Below the pieces are notes generated by a model. It saw only the letters and a program-made list of their open reading frames with translations. It did no database searches and was not told the DNA's origin. Positions 57,824-64,000 of a stretch of DNA of 64,000 nt are shown in pieces. The translations under genes were made by a program, and so were the position numbers. Numbering within the stretch: position 1 is the stretch's first letter; each line of letters starts with the position of its first letter. This DNA comes from the human T2T-CHM13v2.0 reference genome, Homo sapiens, in assembly GCF_009914755.1 (NCBI RefSeq), contig NC_060947.1, one strand, 5' to 3'.

Positions 57824-58195
57824 TTTGGCATGCGGGTTACAAAACTATAAATCCGGCAAAAACAGAATTTTTGCTTGTATAATTTTTGATAAAAAAATTA
57901 ATATTGGATTAATGAAAATCGCTAAATATCCAATTATTCAGTAAAATAACCATATATTTAATCTTAAGGCTTTTACTTAGGTAAACACCTGAAATTCACA
58001 GGCTATAAAATGGTTGAAAAGGAAATAAAATGACTATCGCAGTTTCATAAATAATCTAGGTAAACTATTAGAAAAAGTAGGTAAATGTAATGAGATAAAT
58101 GCTTTTAGACAAAACTTGTTATAATTTAGATTCTGAAGTTATAGTAAGATAAGTTATGACATTAACTGGGTATTTTTCAATTTAAAAAATATGGA

Positions 58196-58479
58196 AAGCT
58201 AATCAGAAACTCGAATGCAACCAGTGTGTCTTTATCTACCTATGACCTTCCTAGTCACCTCACCAATTCAAGTTGTCCCACCTTTAGAGACCGAACCAGT
58301 ATACATCTTACATATTGATGTTTCATGTCTCCCTAAAATGTATGGAAGCAGGCTGTGCCCTGACCACCTTGGGCACGTGTCGTCAGGACCTCCTCAGGCT
58401 GTCATGGGCGCGTCCTTAACGTTGGCAAAATAAACTTTCTAAATTGACTGAGACACCTCTCAGATATCAGGGGTTCACA
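58196..58479 (+). mobile_element. MER4-type LTR 3' portion, right copy
   Basis: Ends ggcaaAATAAActttctaaattgactgagacacctctcagatatcaggggttcaca. Confidence 0.8.
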
Positions 58480-58673
58480 GCCCTATGGAAAAAAAAAAAA
58501 AAAAAAGGCATATGTCAGAAAGTTTACAAGCAGGCTAGTCAACAAAGAATCTCACGTTAAAAATATTTTTTGTCGCTCTTCTGTCCATCAGATTGGCACA
58601 GAGATTTCAGAAAAGAAAAAGCGGGAGTTAGTAGGCCACCCTAAAAGCTGTGCCTCTACAGCGGAAAGAAACT

Positions 58674-59434
58674 TTGTTTTGACTCTGAGGAACGGCGCTT
58701 TTTTTCTAAACGCGAAGGGCGGGGTAAGAGCAGAGCTGCACGCATCTGTGAATACATACTGCCACCAAACGGGCATAATTTCACCGCGACGGAGAAAATC
58801 TGGGAGGACGTTCTCTTTGCGGCCCAATTTCTGCTCTTTAGATCTGGAGCAGTCCACTGAGGGACCTGAACAAGATAAACGGGAAGGGAAAAGCGCCAGA
58901 AGTTCGAGCAGAGAACCCACCGGGCAGCCGGTGGGGGTGCCCCGGAAGTCGATTTGCAACTGGGAGGCGGGCGGTCTGCCGAAGTGCTGCCCCGGAAGCC
59001 ATAGCAGTAGCAGAAGGACGTTCCCGCCCCGCTCCTTCCCCCGGCCCTCCCCCCGCCAGCCCTCCCCCAGCACCCCCCCCACCACCACTTTCCACCGCCT
59101 CTTCGGGGAGGCGGGAGCGCCGTGCCTGATGGGAGGTGTGGGCGTGTTGATCATGGGTGTAGGGAATTCGGCTGTCTCCTTTCTACCCGCCGCCCGAGTT
59201 TATTTTGTGCACGGTTTCTTTTGTAGCGGACGTTACTGGGAGGAATGAGGGCGAGGAAGAGAAAGACGTTAGTCCTCGGACCGTTTCCGAGAGTCATCTC
59301 CGGGAGTAATGCGAAGATGGACACGCTCAGTCCTGCCTGTGCATGCGCGTTCGCGTTGTACGGAATTCCCAAGCCAGCTGCGTAGTTTCTGCCTTGAAGC
59401 TATTTGGCGAGAAGTTTCGCCTGTTCCTTTACTT
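58674..59434. promoter_or_regulatory. CpG island / promoter-like element, right-arm copy
   Basis: Mirror of 54340-55100: CCGGAAGT at about 58942, CCGGAAGC at about 58992, TGTGCATGCGCG at about 59338 and TTTGGCGAGA at about 59403. Confidence 0.8.
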
Positions 59435-59697
59435 TGTGGGTCAGGGCTTGGGTGCTTGAGTGGGAGAAACAGAAAGCCAGCTAGCCCTGGAACCCCTTCT
59501 AAGATCGTCATCCACCCAGCCATCCATAAATCTGTTCCTCCATGAAACAAATAATCATTGAGCACCCCTTATATGCCAGACACACGTAAGGATGCAAGGG
59601 CCGCGTTCTCATTCTAGTGGGTGGGGACAGAGAGTAAACAAATTATCTACTTAATTTCAGATAGTGGTAAGTGATAGAAAATAAAACGGGGTGATAT

Positions 59698-60216
59698 TGT
59701 CAGAGGCGTTTGAACCAGAGCGACTCCATTCCGAGTGAGGGCTAGGAAAATGAAGCTGAGGCTTGCTGGGCTGCATTCCCAGAAAGTTAGGTATTCCCAG
59801 CCTCTAGATGTTTACGGTTAAGGGAACAAATTAATAACGTTTACTAAACAGACCCAGACTTGGGAGTGTCCAGATATTCCGATATCTGGAGAAGAAAGGC
59901 ATTCCTAATTTTGCCTTAAAGATAACAACACTGATTCTTGCAAAACATAGTAATTAAGAAAATTAATCCTCTATCACAAACCCTTGTAGCAGAGCACATC
60001 TCCTCATATAACAAGCATTGTACCTAGGGTGGACGCATTCCTCCTCTTACTTTTGGGAACGTCCTACTCTGTCTATGGAGTAGCTGCCCTTTCACCACTG
60101 TGCTTTCTCAATAAACTTGCTTTTGCTTTGCACTGTGAACTCGCCCTGAATTATTTCTTGCGCGAGATCCAAGAACCCTCTCTTGGGGTCTGGATCAAGA
60201 CCCCTTTCCTGTAACA
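59698..60216 (+). mobile_element. MER41-family (MER41C/D-like) solo LTR, right-arm copy
   Basis: tgtcagaggcgtttgaaccagagcgactcc...gagatccaagaaccctctcttggggtctggatcaagacccctttcctgtaaca; TSD ATAT at 59694-59697 and 60217-60220. Confidence 0.85.
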
Positions 60217-62683
60217 ATATGACAAAGAAATGCGGTGGATGTTATACCCATTTATATTTGGTGGTCAGACTCGGCTTCTTTCAAAAATGACAGTTGAAGA
60301 CATTAGGAAGGGTCCTGTATGGCTTTGATGACCTTGATAAGGGTCAAGGCTTCTTCCTGGTTTTGCCTTGTCTCAGGCTTATTAACAGAGACTTAGATCA
60401 CCACAAAATATTGATAGGTCTGCTGCTTCATTCCCTGCAGTTGCTCCTATACTCTGAAAACTAGCATCAGAGTACAAAATTCTAATAGAAGGACTAAGCG
60501 GGGTCAGGAAGTGCCAGCGCTCCAGCGTGAAAAACAAAAGCTGTTAGGTTAGGGCCTTGAGCACTTAGGTTAAAGGCCTTTTTCCACTGACCCCCCCAGG
60601 AGCCCAGAGGGATGGGGAAGTCTGGTTTCCTTCTTCTTTGTGGCCTGCCTTCCCTCTGGCCTCCTTGTTCTATGGGTCCTGGGATCTTATCCTTCTGGAT
60701 TAGGTCATTATGGGGCTTTGCTTTGCTGTAATGGAGCAGCGTGTCACAGACAGACCTCTAGTGCTATCAATGGAAAGCCAGTGGAATTTTAATTCTGAAT
60801 AAGTGTTTGGAATGGGCCCACGGTGCAGTATCTCCTATGCGGTTTTGGAGGCCTTGTAGAATTGGCACAAGTGACCAGGGCTGTGATAGTTTAAGGAATT
60901 CTATGTCTCAGCATGAAGTTAAAACCATGATGACAACGGTGTATAAAACAGTGGGGCTTACTGGTTTCCCTTTTCATCCTCTGAGTGTCCTTTCTGGCCT
61001 GTTTCTCACTTTCAGATTTGGGCCCAATTACCTAATTGTGTGAGCTCTATCTCTCTGAGCAAAACTGAAAGTGCAGTTGTGCATAAGGCGGAAGTCCGGG
61101 TGGATTGTGTTCTATCCTATTATGTATTAGGCCTATCCGCCTCTTCAGCATGACTGAAGAAATAAGCGTAAACACTGACAACTTATTTCCTCACTCGGAT
61201 CTCTCCACGCCACCCTCACCAGCAAGGGGAAACCTGTGTTCAGAGGTGGGAAAGGCTAGCAAAAGCCACAGTTTTCTGGCTGGATCATAAAGAATGAACA
61301 TTGTCTGATCTGGAAACACCCAGGGTCCCTATCCATTTAAACCAAAACATCTTTCTGCCAGGTTTGTAGTCCAAATCTTCCAACTACTCATTTCTCTCAA
61401 GCCTTCGTCTCCGTTCACCCTTCTATTTCACAACTTATTTTCTCTCTGCAAGCCTCCAACACTGCCTCCCGACTCCTCACATTCAGCCTCTGACCTTCCT
61501 TTCTAATTCGCTGAGAAAATTGCCTGAGAGTCAACCCAAATTAACAAGTCAAAAATGGAACTCTCCCATCTTCCCCTAGAAACCTCCTCCCACTGCAGCG
61601 TCCCCCCTCGCCCCACCCCTCACAGTTAAGGCCACTCTTATCCTTCCAATTGTTCATGCTATAGACTTGAGGGTGATCCTTCACGCCACTGTTTTACTCA
61701 CCCCTCATTTCCATCTGTGAAGAAATCCTTTGAGCTCTCTTGTCAAAATAGATCCAGAATCTGACATCTGACGATGGGAGACATTCATCTCAGGGAAAAG
61801 CATAGGTGCCCCTTCTGAGCAGTTTGTCAGATTCGATCTCAGGGATACTGTTGAGTCCTGCAGAGGATCGTGTTTCCCTCTTTACATTTTGGCAGCTAGA
61901 AAACTTAAATCCACATCTGTGGCCAACTAGTGCTCAATGGCTTGCTCTTTGTGTTCAAGTTCGTCATCTGACTGGACTTCCTCATTTTAATTTGGACTTC
62001 ATTTCTTCATCCAATATGTTTTTCAGAAGTTTGAATTCTCTGTATTGATGTGTTTTGTGAGCTGTGTATCTCCTCCGGTCCCAGCCCAGCAATGGCTTCT
62101 GATCTCACTCAGAGTAAAAGCCCAGTCCTTGTCCGGTAAGAGCCAACAGGATTTAATCTCTGGTTAACTCTCTGGCTTCCCCTCCAACATGTTGTCCTCT
62201 CTTCTGCCCTCACTCTGCCAGAGCCAAACTGGAATCAGCTTATACTTTTAATAACATCTTCTGTTTCTGGGGTGATTGAGCTACATCATACATGACCACG
62301 GCCACAGGTCTTTTCTTAAATCTTGTTCTTGATGGCAAGATATGACGGCTGTCTACGTTTGTTTGTTCGTCCCTTGTGCATGCCAGTGTTTGACCAAAGC
62401 ATATCTGCCAACCTTATCCTGGAGTAGCATGTATATTGGTGCACTTTCCACTAGCAGCAACACTGGCATACCTGTCTAATGCTAAATTCTTGTTATGTAG
62501 CCCACCATTTGAGAAGAAAAATGCAATCACTTGTCCCAGTTGAGCCCATTAGATTGGTGATGACAAGTGCCTTTCATCTTAGCATATTTATATTGCCTGC
62601 TGGAAAAAAAAATGTGTTAAACTACCTACCGGTAGCCATTCATCTCTGCTTTTCTCTTTGCATCTGATTCCAACACACTTTCA

Positions 62684-63419
62684 TGTTACATGTAGTTAGA
62701 CACACATGAGAGGGGCAGGAGAGTCCTTTTCCCCAACACCCACCGGGAATGTCACGTGATCGGGTGATGGTTCAACAATTATCACATTGCCTGTCTAAAA
62801 ATGGTACTTTGGCACCTGGAGTCAGGGAGAGATAATCTCCTGCTCATCTACAGCTGTTAACATTAACGTGGTTAACTGAATGCCAGGTAGAAACAAAAAG
62901 AGCTTCCAATAAAATCAAGTATTGTGGGACTGAGCTCAAGCATTGTGGGAGTGAGCTCAAGCATGTGAATTAAGACACAAAATGACGGAGTATGACCTTC
63001 CTATTGACACTTCACCAGAAAAGTGAAGAAAGCCTCAGGCGGGAATCCATACAACTTCCTAAACCCACTGTGCATGCTCACCTCCCAAGGGTAAGGAGGG
63101 TACTGTGCATGGGGCAGCACAGTACCCATGGGAAGAATCATGGGAAATGAGCCAGTCTATGAAGTTCCAGGATCAAGGTTAAACACCACACTTGAGCTTC
63201 ATATGCCCGCTTGGGCCTCTTCCAAGTGTACTTTCTTTTATGTTCTAAACGCTTTTTAAATAAATTTCCACTCCTGCTCTGAAACTTGCCTCGGTCTCTT
63301 TTTCTGCCTTCTGCCTCTCAGTGGAATTCTTTCTTCTGAGAAGGCAAGAATTAAGGTTGCTGCAGACCCGTGTCTGGATTCGCTGCTGGTGGTAGCTCAG
63401 ATACCTTACCCCGGTCACA
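62684..63419 (+). mobile_element. MER50-like solo LTR
   Basis: TG...CA ends with TSD TTCA; catgagaggggcaggagag; gaggcaagaatt-like 3' region followed by gttgctgcagacccg. Confidence 0.75.
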
Positions 63420-63593
63420 TTCACAGTCCCTTTCTCCCGACTAACCCGTTTTGACTGTTTACTCCCTATTTGTAATATCTCCAGCAACCTAATCTGGGTT
63501 TTAGAAATGGAGTATTAAATATACCAATGGCTATATTTTCAGGGGCATTGTGACATTTCTAAGACATCACTATCTTGAAAAATCCAGCCTATT

Positions 63594-64000
63594 GACACCA
63601 CACGTCTACAACTATCTGATCTTCGACAAACCTGACAAAAACAAGCTATGAGGAAACAATTCCCTATTTAATAAATAAAAATAAAAAGGAATAAAAAGCG
63701 TTTAGAACAAAAATCTAGGAAAACTGGCTAGCCATATGCAGAAAACAGAAACTGGACCCCTTCCTTATACCTTACACAAAAATTAACTCAAGATGGATTA
63801 AACCCTTAAAGGTAAAAGTTAAAACCATAAAAACCCTAGAAACATACCTAGGCAATACCATTCAGGACACAGGCAAGGGCAAATACTTTATGACTAAAAT
63901 GCCAAAAGCAATTGCAACAAAAGCCAAAATTGACAAATGGAATATAATTAAACTAAACAACTTCTGCACAGCAAAAGAAACTGCCATCAGAGTGCACAGG
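63594..64000 (+). mobile_element. L1PA ORF2 fragment running off the window end
   Basis: tacaactatctgatcttcgacaaacctgacaaaaacaagc; aactggacccc; aggcaataccattcaggaca. Confidence 0.9.

Larger units (their letters stand above)
55500..58195 (+). mobile_element. MER4-group ERV1 internal sequence forming the palindrome spacer, interrupted by MER39 and L1PA
   Basis: Resembles non-coding MER4-int (gaaaggcacccctgggtgac; gttctgaagtaaaagctatagga; aaatttggcatgcgggttacaaaactataaa). Orientation is inferred from the downstream LTR. Confidence 0.6.
58314..62573 (-). repeat. Inverted repeat (palindrome), right arm
   Basis: Reverse complement of 51201-55461. Confidence 0.98.

Noticed and set aside
62921-62963. 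21-bp tandem duplication attgtggga(c/g)tgagctcaagc, and similar 11-12 bp duplications at about 16180, 27187 and 29922
   Set aside because: Ordinary slippage micro-duplications inside dead repeats.

Overview
Primate, almost certainly human, intergenic DNA; a diagnostic AluYb8 lies at about 2270-2584. No credible protein-coding gene or RNA gene is visible. The first 45 kb is a dense, nested pile of LINE-1 (L1PA, L1PB, L1MA/M) with Alu, MaLR and a HERV-W LTR17 solo LTR, a composition typical of the X chromosome (inference). The long ORFs there are L1 ORF1/ORF2 debris. The standout structure is a large inverted repeat with arms at about 51201-55461 and 58314-62573 (about 4.26 kb each, coordinates summing to 113774/113775) around a roughly 2.85 kb spacer of ERV debris. 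The arms are near-identical in the core but decay into diverged homology at both edges, the signature of an old palindrome homogenised by arm-to-arm gene conversion and a likely recurrent inversion. Each arm carries an orphan CpG island with ETS/NRF1/E2F-like motifs plus a MER41-family LTR. Several small fold-back or templated-insertion scars sit in and beside the palindrome. Repeat family and subfamily names come from recognising consensus sequences by eye and are approximate.
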